Source: Pristiophorus japonicus
Lineage: Eukaryota
Length of the DNA: 64,000 nucleotides
Direction of reading: 5' to 3'
NCBI RefSeq assembly: GCF_044704955.1
Contig: NC_091997.1
Coordinates: 78,678,001 to 78,742,000 of the forward strand
Part shown: positions 48,807 to 61,810 of the stretch, one piece after another
Layout of the letters: every line of letters begins with the position of its first letter
How positions within the stretch are numbered: the first letter of the stretch is position 1
Notes under the pieces: model-generated
What the model saw: the letters and a program-made list of their open reading frames with translations, nothing else
What the model was told of the DNA's origin: nothing
Databases searched by the model: none
Made by a program: the position numbers and the translations under genes

Positions 48807-51800
48807 CGTCATCATCATAGGCAGTCCCTCAAAATCGAGGAAGACTTGCTTCCACTCTGAAAGTGAGTTCTCAGGTGACTGAACAGTCCAATACAGGAAT
48901 TACAGTCTCTGTCACAGGTGGGACTGACAGTCGTTGAAGGAAAGGCTGGGTGGGGAGTCTGGTTTGACGCATGCTCCTTCCGCTGCCTGCGCTTGCTTTC
49001 TGCATGCTCTCGGTGATGAGACTCGAGGTGCTCAGCGTCCTCCCGGATGCTCTTCCTCCACTTAGGGTGGTCTTGGGCCAGGAATCCCAGGTGTCAGTGG
49101 GGATGTTGCACTTTATCAAGGAGGCTTTGAGGGTGTCCTTGAAACGTTTCCTCTGCCCACCAGGGGCTCGTTTGCCGTGTAGGAGTTCCAAGTAGAGCGC
49201 TTGCTTTTGGGGTCTTATGTCGGACATTTGAACAATGTGGCCCGCCCAACGGAGCTGGTTGAGTGTGGTCAGTGCTTCGATGCTGGGGATGTTGGCCTGA
49301 TCGAGTACACTAACGTTGGTGTGTCTATCCGCCCAGAGGATTTGCAGGATCTTGCGGAGACATCGCTGGTGGTATTTTTCCAGCAATTTGAGGGGTCTAC
49401 TGTATATGGTCCACGTGTCTGAGCCATACAGGAAGGTGGGTATCACTACAGCCCTGTAGACCATAAGCTTGGTGCCAGATTTGAGGGCCTGATCTTCGAA
49501 AACTCTCTTCCTCAGGCGACCGAAGGCTACGCTGGTGCACTGGAGGCGGTGTCGATAGTAGGCTCCCGAGGTATGGAAAGTGGTCCAAGGCCGTGCCGTG
49601 GAATTTGATGATTGCGGGGCAGTGCTGTGTGGCGGGATCAGGTTGGTGGAGAACCTTTGCCTTATGGATGTTTAGTGTTATGCCCATACTTTTGTATGCC
49701 TCGGTGAAGATATTGACGATGCTTTGGAGTTCAGCCTCTGAAAGTGTGCATACACAAGCGTCATCCACATACTGTAGTTCGACGACAGACGATAGGATGG
49801 TCTTGGATCTAGCCTGGAGGCGACAAAGGTTGAACAGGTTCTATAGTTTAGCTCCATTCCAGCGGGGAGCTTGTTGAGCATGAGATGGAGCATTGCAGCG
49901 AGGAAGATCGGGAAGAGGATTGGCGTGATGACACAGCCCTGTTTGACCCCAGTCCAGACATGGATTGGTCAGGATCACGGCTTGCATGTCATAGAAACAT
50001 AGAAACATAGAAAATAGGTGCAGGAGTAGGCCATTCGGCCCTTCTAGCCTGCACCGCCATTCAATGAGTTCATGGCTGAACATGCAACTTCAGTACCCCA
50101 TTCCTGCTTTCTCACCATATCCCTTGATTCCCCTAGTAGTAAGGACTTCATCTAACTCCTTTTTGAATATATTTAGTGAATTGGCCTCAACTTTCTGTGG
50201 TAGAGAATTCCACAGGTTCACCACTCTCTGGGTGAAGAAATTCCTCCTCATCTCGGTCCTAAATGGCTTCCCCCTTATCCTTAGACTGTGTCCCCTGGTT
50301 CTAGACTTCCCCAACATTGGGAACATTCTTCCTGCATCTAACCTGTCTAACCCTGTCAGAATTTTAAACGTTTCTATGAGGTCCCCTCTCATTCTTCTGA
50401 ACTCCAGTGAATACAAGCCCAGTTGATCCAGTCTTTCTTGATAGGTCAGTCCCGCCATCCCGGGAATCAGTCTGGTGAACCTTCGCTGCACTCCCTCAAT
50501 AGCAAGAATGTCCTTCCTCAGGTTAGGAGACCAAAACTGTACACAATACTCCAGGTGTGGCCTCACCAAGGCCCTGTACAATTGTAGCAACACCTCCTGC
50601 CCCTGTACTCAAATCCCCTCGCTATGAAGGCCAACATGCCATTTGCTTTCCTAACCGCCTGCTGTACCTGCATGCCAACCTTCAATGACTGATGTACCAT
50701 GACACCCAGGTCTCTTTGCACCTCCCCTTTTCCTAATCTGTCACCATTCAGACAATAGTCTGTCTCTCTGTTTTTACCACCAAAGTGGATAACCTCACAT
50801 TTATCCACATTATACTTCATCTGCCATGCATTTGCCCACTCATCTTACCTATCCAAGTCGCTCTGCAGCCTCATAGCATCCTCCTCGCAGCTCACACTGC
50901 CACCCAACTTAGTGTCATCCGCAAATTTGGAGATACTACATTTAATCCCCTCATCTAAATCATTAATGTACAGTATCGTGGAGCAGGCGGAGGATGGTGA
51001 CAAACATTTGGGGGCAGCCAAAATGGAAGAGGATGCTCCATAGTCCCTCGCGGTTGACAGTGTCAAAGGCCTTTGTGAGGTCAAAGAAGGCCACATATAA
51101 GGGTTGGTACTGTTCCCTGCATTTCTCTTGCAGTTGTCGCACCGTGAAGATCATGTCTGTTATACCCCTTAGTGGACAGAATCCACACTGTGACTCCAGG
51201 AGGAGCTCCTCAGCCACAGAGAGAAGACGGTTGAGGAGGATTCTAGCAATGACCAACAACAGGGAGATTCCTCTTCAGTTGCAGCTGTCGGACTTGTCCC
51301 TTTTTTAAAGATGGTCATGATTATGGCATCTCTGAGATTTCCAGATATGCACTCCGCCTTCCAGATGAGAGATGAGGTCATGCATTTGCGCCAATAGTGC
51401 CTCTCCGCCATACTTTAGTCCCTCGGCGTAGATTCCATCTGCTCTTGATGCCATGTTGTTCTTGAGCTGGCGGATGGCCTTTTCTACTCATGCAGGGCTG
51501 GGGTTTTGCTGAGATGGTGGCGGGTAGCATGCTGTGGGATGGAGTCGAGGACACTCATGTCAAAGGCAGATTCTCGGTTGAGGAGATCTTCGAAGTGTTC
51601 CTTCCAGCGGGCCCTGACTGCCTCGGTGTCCTTGATGAGTGTCTCCCCGTTCTTGGCTAGCAGTGGGGTGGGGCCTTGGGTGTTTGGACCGTAGGTGGCC
51701 TTGACTGCGATGAGAAATCCTCGCACATCATGGCTGTTGGCCAGCTGCTGTATCTCCTGTGTTTTCTCTATCCACCACCTGTTCTTTTTGTTGGACCCCG

Positions 51801-52470
51801 GCCTTCAGCTATCTGTAGGGCTGCTTTGCTGCTCGCGAGTTGGGTTGTTGCTTTAGGATTAGAAATGCCCTGCGCTTGCAGTTCATTAGCTCCTGGATTT
51901 CCTGGTCATTCTCATCAAACCAGTCCTGGTGTTTCCTGGTTGAGTGACCGAGCATCTCTTCGCAGGAACTGGTTGTGGTGGCCTGGAGGGCAGACCAAGC
52001 ACTGTGGGCACTCTGCGCCTCGGAGTCATCGAGGGTCGCTAGGTTGTCAGTCAGGCATTGGCTGTATAGGGCTCCCTTAGCTGGGTCTTTGAATGCACGG
52101 CATTGATTTTTCTGCGGCATTGCTTCTGTTACTTTCGTCGCTTTGGGGCTATATTAATGTTGATGATGGAACGGATTAGGCAGTGGTCCATCCAGCAGCC
52201 GTCGGCTCCTGTCATGGCATGGGTGATGCGCACATTCCTGTGATCCCTCGCTCGAACGATGACGTAGTCGAGCATGTGCCAGTGCTTGGAGCGAGGGTGT
52301 TGTCACAATGCCTTCTACTTGTCCCTCTGGCGGAACAAGGTGTTGTTGATGACAAGTTGTGCTCGGTATTTTGTCAGGAGCAGGGCACCGCTGGAGTTGG
52401 TTTTCCCTACCCCCTCTCTGCCGATCACGCCTCCCCAGAGGTCTGTGTCCTAACCGACTCTGGCGTTGAA
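48807..52470 (-). mobile_element. Long RTE LINE (part of APE plus RT), decayed
   Basis: FNARVG, LDYVI, DWFDEND, RWKEHFEDLLN, ESQCGF, FFDLTKAFDTV, YGSDTW; (tga)n tail. Confidence 0.92.
49991..50973 (-). mobile_element. CR1 3' 1-kb fragment nested in the RTE
   Basis: Near-identical to 12645-13632. Confidence 0.92.
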
Positions 52471-52777
52471 GATCCAAGATGGCGGATGGGATAGCAGCTC
52501 CCTAAGGAGCTCTCGCTCCTTCAATCGCACCCCCCACCACCCCCGTTCCTGGCCCTAACAGTGGGTGGAGTTCAACCCCCCGAAAGTATTTTCCTACCCC
52601 TAAAAACCGTGCTGCAAGGGCCCACTGCCCATCCCCCACCCATGACTTACCTTCCAGATCGACCTCCCTGCTGCCAAGTCCCTCCAACTGGACTCCCCAC
52701 TGACCGACTCAGCTGCTCCAACCGATCCCCGGCGATCGTGACATTCCTCTGCCTCGCTAAGAGATGTTGAGACATTA

Positions 52778-53159
52778 TACACTGGAGTTTAGAAGGATGA
52801 GAGGGGATCTCATAAAAACATATAAGATTCTAATGGGACTGGACAGGTTGTTCCCGATGTTGGTACACAGTCTTAGGATAAGGGGTAGGCCATTTAGGAC
52901 TGAGATGAGGAGAAACTTCTTCACTCAGAGAGTTGTTAACCTGTGGCATTCCCTGCCGCAGAGAGTTGTTGATGCCAGCTCATTGGATATATTCAAGAGA
53001 GAGTTAGATATGGCCCTTACGGCTAAAGGGATCAAGGGATATGGAGAGAAAGCAAGAAAGGGGTACTGAGGGAATGATCAGCCATGATCTTATTGAATGG
53101 TGGTGCAGGCTCGAAGGTCCGAATGGCCTACTCCTGCACCTATTTTCTATGTTTCTATG
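52778..53159 (+). mobile_element. CR1 3' fragment
   Basis: LEFRRMRGDL...RNFFTQRVVNLW; ttctatgtttctatg tail. Confidence 0.88.
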
Positions 53160-54017
53160 AGACCTCGATTGCAATTAGTTAACTCAGCAGAGATCAGACT
53201 GCCAATTTCCTGATGTGTCCCACATCATGTGTGTATTTACCCAATGGCCTTGAGGGGCTCTTTGTCTACTCAGTATTCAGACTGGAAAAAGTCATTGTTC
53301 ACTGCCCGGGAGAGGGTATTTCCTGTGTTTCTTAACATCTATGAGAGGTGTGAAGTCTGAAGCCTTTGTAAACGGTCAACAAGGGGAAGTAGTCCATAAG
53401 GTGTTGTAAATGGCTTTTATGTTAGACGTCATGTTATCTGCAAAAATAACCTTATTGTTAAAAGGGCTTTCCACCAGTACATTAGAATTTGTGTGCAATT
53501 TGTCTTCTTCTTATCACAGGCTGCTGGCACTCAATTACATGACTAAATGTTTTGGAGGGAGGAAAGATATTGACTTTGATCGACAGGTAATTTAAGTAAC
53601 CATAAGATGGTAACATTTGTTGGTAGTTTTCAATTCATTTGTGCAAACCAATCTATTGAATCACTTTGCGACGTCACCTCCAATTCCACGTGCTCTAATT
53701 TTTGTTAATTGTGCGGAACCTAATCAAATGTCTTCTTGAAGTCCATGTAAACAACATCTATATAGGATTTCTGCCCATCTATCATTATATTTCTACATTT
53801 GATGACATACTAGCATATCATTTATTTTGCTGTAAACCAAAAATGTTTTCTGCTGCAATAACTATTTTCCTTTGAGCAGCTGATATCGTTCAGAAAGTGG
53901 GATATGTGGTCCCCAGGAACATGTTAATATTTGCAGGGGATTCCCAGGAATGTGCAGGGGAAGTTCCAGGGGAGCCTTGGCACAGAGAAATTGAAAACCT
54001 CTTCCATTGTCTACAAT

Positions 54018-55162
54018 CATCATCATCATCATAGGCAGTCCCTCAAAATCGAGGAAGACTTGCTTCCACTCTAAAAGTGAGTTCTCAGGTGATTGTACAT
54101 GTCCAATACGGGAATTACAGTCTCTATCACAGGTGGGGCAGACAGTGGTTGAAGGAAAGGGTGGGTGGGGAGTCTGGTTTGCCGCACGCTCCTTCCGCTG
54201 CCTGTGCTTGCTTACTGCATGCTCTCGGCGACGAGACTCGAGGTGCTCAGCACCCTCGCGGATGCTCTTCCTCCACTTAGGGCGGTCTTGGGCCAGGGAT
54301 TCCCAGGTGTCAGTGGGGATGTTGCACTTTATCAAGGAGTCTTTGAGGGTATCCTTGAAACGTTTCCTCTGCCCACCTTGCCGTGTAGGAGTTCCAAGTA
54401 GAGTGTTTGCTTTGGGAGTCTCGTGTCGGGCATGCAGACGATGTGGCCCGCCCAAAGGAGCTGGTCGAGCGTGGTCAGTGCTGGGGATGTTGGCCTGATC
54501 GAGAACATTGATGTTCGTGTGTCTATTCTCCCAGTGGATTTGCAGAATCTTGCGGAGGCAGCGCTGGTGGTACTTCTCCAGTGCTTTGAGGTGTCTACTG
54601 TATATGATCCATGTCTCTGAGCCATATAGAGGGCTCTTATCTGGAAGGAGGAAAGCATGCAAATGCTGTAATTGTGACCATCTTCAAAAAGGGGAACAAG
54701 TCCGACTGCGGTAACTACAGAGGAATCTCCCTGCTGTCGGCCACTGGGAAAATCATCACTAGAATCCTCCTCAACTGGCTTCTCCCTGTGGCTGAAGTTC
54801 TCCTCCGAGTCACTCAGGGGTACAACGGATGTGAGCTTCACCGCGCAAAAACTACAAGAGAAATGCAGGGAACAGCACCGACCCTTGTACATGGCCTTCT
54901 TTGACCTCAAACGTTTGTCACCATCCTTCGCCTGCTCCACGATGACATGCAAGCTGTGATCCTGACCAACGGATCCACCACAGACCCAATCCACGTCCGG
55001 ACCAGGGTCAAGCAGGGCCAACGCTCTTCTCGATTTTCCTCGCTGCAATGCTCCATCTCGCTCTCAACAAGCTCCCTGCTGGAGTGGAAACTATAGAACC
55101 AATGGGAACCCGTTCAACCTTCGTCGTATCCAGGCTAGATCCAAGGTCGTCCCATCCTCTGT
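54018..55162 (-). mobile_element. RTE insertion with an inverted 5' segment
   Basis: Minus segment 54018-~54633 and plus segment ~54634-55162; TSD tgtctacaat at 54008 and 55160. Confidence 0.85.
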
Positions 55163-55309
55163 CTACAATATAAAGAGGGTGATTTCCATGGCACAGGACA
55201 CAGGTTCCATAGCACCAAGGACTACTAATTACCTGTCACAATCTTCCTATTGTGTCGGTTCAAAGACACCCACAATATCACTTAAAATACCTATTTCAGA
55301 AACTGGTTG

Positions 55310-55510
55310 AGAAATGCAGCAGCCAATTTGCGCACAGTAACGTTCCACAAACAGCAATATAATTACCAGATAATCTGTTTTGTTATGCTGATTGAAGAAT
55401 AAATATTGGCCAGGGCACCAGGGATAACTCCCCTGCTCTTCTTCGAAATAGTGCCATGGGATCTTTTCCGTGCACCTGAGAGAGCAGACGGGAGCTCGGT
55501 TTATCGTCTT
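55310..55510 (-). mobile_element. DeuSINE fragment
   Basis: Deu core only. Confidence 0.7.
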
Positions 55511-56705
55511 CGCAATATATTCAAAAGAAATCAAGGATTTTACTTCACAAATCACCCAATTAAGTATCAAAGAACTGGTTTTAGTAGATAGCGACTACAT
55601 TTTAGTGTGTAGGTGAAGGAGACATCAGAATGTGCTTCGCCTTGGCCAATAATCTCACTGAAACTTGCGTTTGCAAAACAATATAGTTACGTGATTTCCT
55701 TTTAGCTTCTCTGTCAGCAACTTTTTGCTAAGTTTCTTTTTATGAATAATGAAAAGCAGTAAAGTTTGTGTCTGCAAAATTTCACACCAGCAGATTCAAG
55801 GTTAGCATTCCATGAGAATCCGATCCCCATTTGCAGTTAACGGGCATATTACAAAACAGAAAAAGTTTGCTTCTTTTCCTTATACTCTGGATGCGAGAGT
55901 GAAGCTCAAATAAACACCCCACCCATATCTGGTTCAAGACTTCTAATTGTTCCTACGATATACGCAATCAATACAACATGCAACTCTATATAATTTCAAA
56001 TATGCAAAAGGCTTGGCTCCAAAGAATTTTACAAGGACTACTAGTTGTCTGTCTCATTCTTCCTATTGTGTCTGTTCAAAGACATCCATGATGTCACTTT
56101 AATTACCTATTTAAGAAACTGGTCGAGAGAGACAGGAACTGGAGGCTTATATTCTTGTCACAGGAAATTGCATACCAAAAGCAGACCTGTTTTTGAAGTA
56201 CAATATAGTGGATTCCTATATATATTTAGTGTCGTACAACTTTGACTGAAAGGCAAAAGACAATTTAACATGTTAAAAAGAAACAGAAATGGGGCACCAC
56301 AGGAACTGGAGTACAGTCGACAGTGTAAGTAACATTCTCATTTCATTTGGTAAGTTTTCTTTATGATGTGAGTGTTGATTATTTTAAAAGAAAAATAATA
56401 AAACACCATTTTTCTTTAGCTTCACTTACATTTTGGTTGTGAAGTACTTGGAATAATGAGTTAATGTACGCATCAAATGCCCAATATCTAAAATGGCAGC
56501 CAGCACGAGGACAGTTCCTTGAACTGTTTCGATAAGGTCAGAGGTTCGAAGCGGTTGTTTATGCATTTTATGCAAAAAGGTGGGTCAAGGACTTGGAAAG
56601 AATGATTCACTAACCATTGCATTCCTCTCGTCACATTGTCTGGCAGTTGTAAGTTAGCAATAGTTGTGCAATCCAAGAATTGTAAAAAAAAATCTCTTTA
56701 AAAAA

Positions 56706-57149
56706 CTTACATTTATATAGCGCCTTTCACGGTCACTGAACGTCTCAAAGCGCTTTACAGCCAATGAAGTACTTTTGGAGTGTAGTCAGTTATAATGTTG
56801 TAATGTGGCAGCCAATTTGTGCACAGCAAACTCCCACAAACAGCACTGTGATAATGACCAGATAACCTGTTTTATTATGTTGATTGAGGAATAAATATTG
56901 ACCAGGACACCCGGGATAACTCCCCTGCTCTTCTTCAAAATAGTGCCCTGGGATCTTTTACGTCCACCTGAGGGGGCAGGTGGGGCCTCGGTTTAACATC
57001 TCATCTGAAAGATGGCACTTCCGACAGTGCAACGCTCCCTCAGCACTGCACTGGAGTGTCAGCCTAGATTTATGTGCTCAAGTCCCTGGAGTGGGACTTG
57101 AATCCACAACCTTCTGACTCAGAGGCGAGTGTGCTACTCACTGAGCCGC
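56706..57149 (-). mobile_element. DeuSINE, full length
   Basis: Head, Deu core and tail present. Confidence 0.88.
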
Positions 57150-57394
57150 AATTATTCCTGCAGGCATTGATTTCCTGCTGGAGTTCAATTCTTCAGCGGT
57201 CAGGTCATCCTCCAGTACCCTGTCCAAGCAGCCAGTCTTCATATGAGGTTACTAGTGAGTGTTGACAAGTTATGGTTAGGACACACACATACACCAATGG
57301 CTCACAGACAGGAGCTGAAACTTGTCACTTTTGCACTCAAGCCCAGGGTTGATAAAGTCAATTGTAGCGGTCATTGCAGTCTTGCTAACCGCCA

Positions 57395-57680
57395 CAGACA
57401 CCTGGGAGTCCCTGGCCAAAGACCGCCCTAAGTGGAGGAAGTGCATCCGGGAGGGGGCTGAGCACCTCGAGTCTCGTCGCCGAGAGCATGCAGAAATCAA
57501 GCGCGAGCAGCGGAAAGAGCGTGCGGCAAATCTACCCACCCTCCCTTCCCTCAACGACTATCTGTCTAACCTGCGACAGGTACTGTGGCTCTCGTATTGG
57601 ACTGTTCAGCCACTAAAGGACTCATTTTGAGAGTGGAAGCAAGTCTTCCTCGGTTCCAAGGGATTGCCTATGATGTTGAT
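57395..57680 (+). mobile_element. RTE 3' fragment
   Basis: TDTWESLAKDRPKWRK peptide; RTE terminus. Confidence 0.85.
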
Positions 57681-58834
57681 AGCTGACATCAGCCATCTCC
57701 TAGACCTTGATGGTCTGTGTAGCACAGATAATTATTGAATACACTTAGTAAGTCATTGGTGAGAACTAATATTTGGAATGCACTGCCTGAAAGGGCGGTG
57801 GAAGCATATTCAATAGTAACTTTCAAAAGGAAACTGGAATAAATACTTGAAGGGGAACATTTTGCAGGGCTATGGAGAAAGAGCGAGAGGAGTGGGACTA
57901 ATTGGGTAGCTGTTTCAACCACCTGCCACCTCCTGTGCTGTATCATTCTATGTCTAAGTTGTTTGTATGTTAATATATTTACGTGCTGCCTAATGTGCTT
58001 TAGGATTTGTGTTGGAACCTTTCTGTCTGATCACCCAACTCAAGTATGAATTATAATGAGTGCTGATCTTAACGAGCTTAATTTGATGAGCCATTTTCAA
58101 AGTGTTCACTGAAAAGGCTGCAATTCATTCTGCATAATCATCCTGCGCATCATATCGATTCCAAACATCCAGAGATCTGTTCAGCCTAGAAGCAAAACGG
58201 TTGTTGTATATTTACAAGAACTTTAATCAAATGGTCAATTTATTTCCAACGAAGTCGAATGAAAGACTAATTACTCCTACAGGACATTGCTGATCAGATG
58301 TGTGTTGCATGGAATCCTTAGTAACTGGCAACTCTGGTTCATTTTTATTCTGTGTGCTTGTCAATAAATACTTTAGTTACTTTAACTATGTCAACATTTT
58401 GAACAGAGTTTGATAGTGTGCCAGACAGGTAACAGAGCACATGACTGCAAGTAGGTAATTGCTAATCGTACAGGTCACCTGCTATCAGCAAGGACATACA
58501 ATGAAAAAGCTACAACACAAGGGACAAGGTCCAATGCACGAAGTGTTGTTGAGAGAATGGTAATATTAAAACCCCCAGATTTTACAAGTGCCCAACAGTG
58601 CTCATCGTTGCTGTTGCTTCATTGAGTTTCATTAACCTAGACAATCAAAGTAAACAAGATAAGTAGCAATTAAATTCAGAATGTAGGCAAAAGTATTTAT
58701 TTCAATTACATTACATTTTGTAATGTTCGATTTTTTTCCTCAACCATAAAGCAAATTTGTTGTTGTATCCCACTGTCTTAACTGGTTATATTCTCTCATG
58801 ACACTGCTTGGTTTGATTGCTGCATTACATTAGA

Positions 58835-59088
58835 TAAGAAATAAGAGCAGTAGGCCATTTGGCCCCTCGAGCCTGCTCCACCATTCAATAAGATCATAGA
58901 TCTGATCTTCGCTTCAGCTCCACTTACCTGCCTGCTCCCCATAACCTTTGACTCTCTTATCGTTCAAAAACCTGTCTATCCCCACCTTAAATATATTCAA
59001 CGACCCAGCCTCCACAGCTCTCTGGGATAGAGAATTCCAAAGATTCACGACCCTCAATGAAGAAATTCCTCATCTCCGTTTTCAATGC
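58835..59088 (-). mobile_element. CR1 3' end
   Basis: Conserved CR1 3' UTR. Confidence 0.8.
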
Positions 59089-59339
59089 CGTACAAGAGTT
59101 CTTTACAGATGTCAGAAATCGGTTTGAAACAGGCAGGTGGAGACCTCCCTGCTTCCAAATACTACCACTGACTCATGTCCATCTCAACAGGGGTGCTTGT
59201 TAACGCCGCCCCCAACAGCACAGCACTCAGTACTGCAATGTTCAGCCTTGAAGTGTGAGCCCACATTCCGATTGAGGCGTTACCAATCGAACCAAACTGG
59301 AGCACTTCAACCAACTATGGGATTAGCTTCAATTTTAAC

Positions 59340-61131
59340 AGTATCAGACCCAGGAACAAGGTGGAAGTTGGAGAGAGAATGTGAAGTGAGAATGAGGAAC
59401 TGAAAAAAATTAGTCTTGGTAAAATAGTCCTGGAGAAAGTAATGGGACTTAAAGCGGATAAATCCCCTGGACCCGATGGCCTACATCCTAGGGTTTTGAA
59501 AGAGGTGGCTATAGAAAGTGAATGTATTGGTTGTCATCTTCTAAAATTCCTTAGATTCTAGAAAGGTTCCCGCAGATTGGAAGGTAGCTCATGTAACCCC
59601 GCAATTTAAGGAGGGAGAGAAAATGGGGAACTACAGACCAGTTAGCCTGACATCAGTAGTAGGGAAAATGCTAGAATCTTAAGGTCGTGGTAACAGGGTA
59701 CTTAGAATAGGATTGGGCAGAGTCAACACGGATTTATCAAAGGGAAATCACATTTGACAAAACTGTTGAGTTTTTTTTGAGGTTGTAACTAGCAGAATAG
59801 ATAAAGGGGAACCAGTGGATATGGTGTATTTGGATTTTCAGAAGGCATTTGATAAGGTGCCACACAAGAGGTTATTAACAAAATTAGGGATTGGGGTAAT
59901 ATACTAGCATGGATTGAGGATTGGCTAACGGATAGAAAATAGAGCAGGATTTCAATGCCGTACAACAGTTCTTTACAGATGTCAGAAATCAGTTTGAAAC
60001 AGGCACGTGGAGACCTCCCTGCTTGCCAAATACTACCACTGACTCATGTCCATCTCAACAGGGGTGCTTGTTAACACCTCCCCCAACAGCGCAGCACTCA
60101 GTACTGCAATGCTCAGCCTTGAAGTGTGAGCCCACATTCCAATTGAGGCGTTACCAATCGAACCGGGCCATTTCAGGTTGGCAGACTAACTAGTGGGGTA
60201 CCGCAAGGATCGGTGCTTGGGCCTCAGCTAGTCATAATCTATATCAATGTAATATATCCAAGTTTGCTGATATAAAGCTAGGTGGGAATGCAAGTTGTGA
60301 GGAGGATGCAAAGCGATTTCCAAGGGGATATAGACAGGTTAAGTGAGTGGGCAAGAACATGGCAAATGGAATATAATGTGCAGAGATGTGAAGTTATCCA
60401 CTTTTGGTATGAAAAATAGAAAAACAGTATTTTTTTAAAAAATGTTGAGAGATTGGGAAATGTTGGTGTTCAGAGGGACCCGGGTACACAAATCACTGAA
60501 AATTAACATGCAGGCACAGCAAGCAATTATAAAAGAAAATGGTATGTTGGCCTTTATTACAAGAGGATTTGAGTATAAGAGTAAAGACGTCTTACTGCAA
60601 TTATATAGGACCCTAGTGAGACCACACCTGGAGTATTGTGTACAGTTTTGGTCTCCTTACCCCAGGAAGGATATACTTACCATAGAGGGAGTGCAACGAA
60701 GGTTCACCAGACTGATTCCTGGGATGGGGGCAGGGAGGGATTGTCCCATGAGGAGAGATTGAGTAGACTAGGCCCATATTCTCTATTTAGGAGAATGAGG
60801 GGATCTCATTGAAACATACAAAATTCTTACAGGGCTTGACAGGGTAGATGGAGGGAGGATGATTCCCCTGGCTGGGGAGTTTAGAACCAGGGGTCACAGT
60901 CTTAGATTTCCAGAGAAGGTGGTGAATCTTTGAAATGCTCTACCACAGAGAGCTGTAGAGGCTCAGTCATTGCAATATATTCAAGACAGAGATCAATAGA
61001 TTTTTGAATATTGAGGGAATCAAAGGATATTGGAATAGGGCAGGAATGTGGAGGTAGATCAGCCATGATCTTAGTGAATTGCAGAGCAGGCTCAAGGGGC
61101 CGGATGGCCTACACCTGCTCCTAATTCTTAT
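59340..61131 (+). mobile_element. Older CR1 (RT half), heavily decayed
   Basis: [41 protein letters not shown]; CR1 3' UTR. Confidence 0.88.
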
Positions 61132-61280
61132 ATTGGACTCAAATTTACATTCTATGTCATGCAGAAGGCATCTCAAATCACAAAGTGGTACGACCCTTCA
61201 ATCATGGCAAATAGCATTGGTAGCCAATGATATACTCCTGTTCACAGGCATCGTTCTTTCCTATTAAAGCAACAACAAAA

Positions 61281-61810
61281 GGAAGCAGAGCGATAAGAAA
61301 GGAAGGAAGGAAGGAAAGCGATAAGAAAGGAAGGAAGGAAGCAGAGCGATAAGAAAGGAAGGAAGGAAGCAGAGCGATAAGAAAGGAAGGAAGCAGAGCG
61401 ATAAGAAAGGAAGGAAGCAGAGCGATAAGGAAGGAAGGAAGCAGAGCGATAAGAAAGGAAGGAAGGAAAGCGATAAGAAAGGAAGGAAGGAAGCAGAGCG
61501 ACAAGAAAGGAAGGAAGCAGAGCGATAAGGAAGGAAGGAAGGAAGCAGAGCGATAAGGAAGGAAGGAAGGAAGCAGAGCGATAAGGAAGGAAGGAAGGAA
61601 GCAGAGCGATAAGGAAGGAAGGAAGCAGAGCCAAAAAGGAAGGAAGGAAGCAGAGCCAAAAAGGAAGGAAGGAAGCAGAGCAGAGCGATAAGGAAGGAAG
61701 GAAGCAGAGCAATAAGAAAGGAATGAAGGAAGCAGAGCGCTAGGAAAGGAAGGAAGGAAGCAGAGATAAAGAAGGAAGGAGAGAAGGAAGGGGAAGGAAG
61801 GAAGGGAGGG
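61281..61810. repeat. Compound tandem repeat GCAGAGCGATAA(G/GA)-(AAGG)n
   Basis: Units visible directly, with variable AAGG number. Confidence 0.95.

Noticed and set aside
55233-55312. H/ACA snoRNA reading of the 97-bp duplicate
   Set aside because: An ACA is present but there is no ANANNA H box and no two-hairpin structure.
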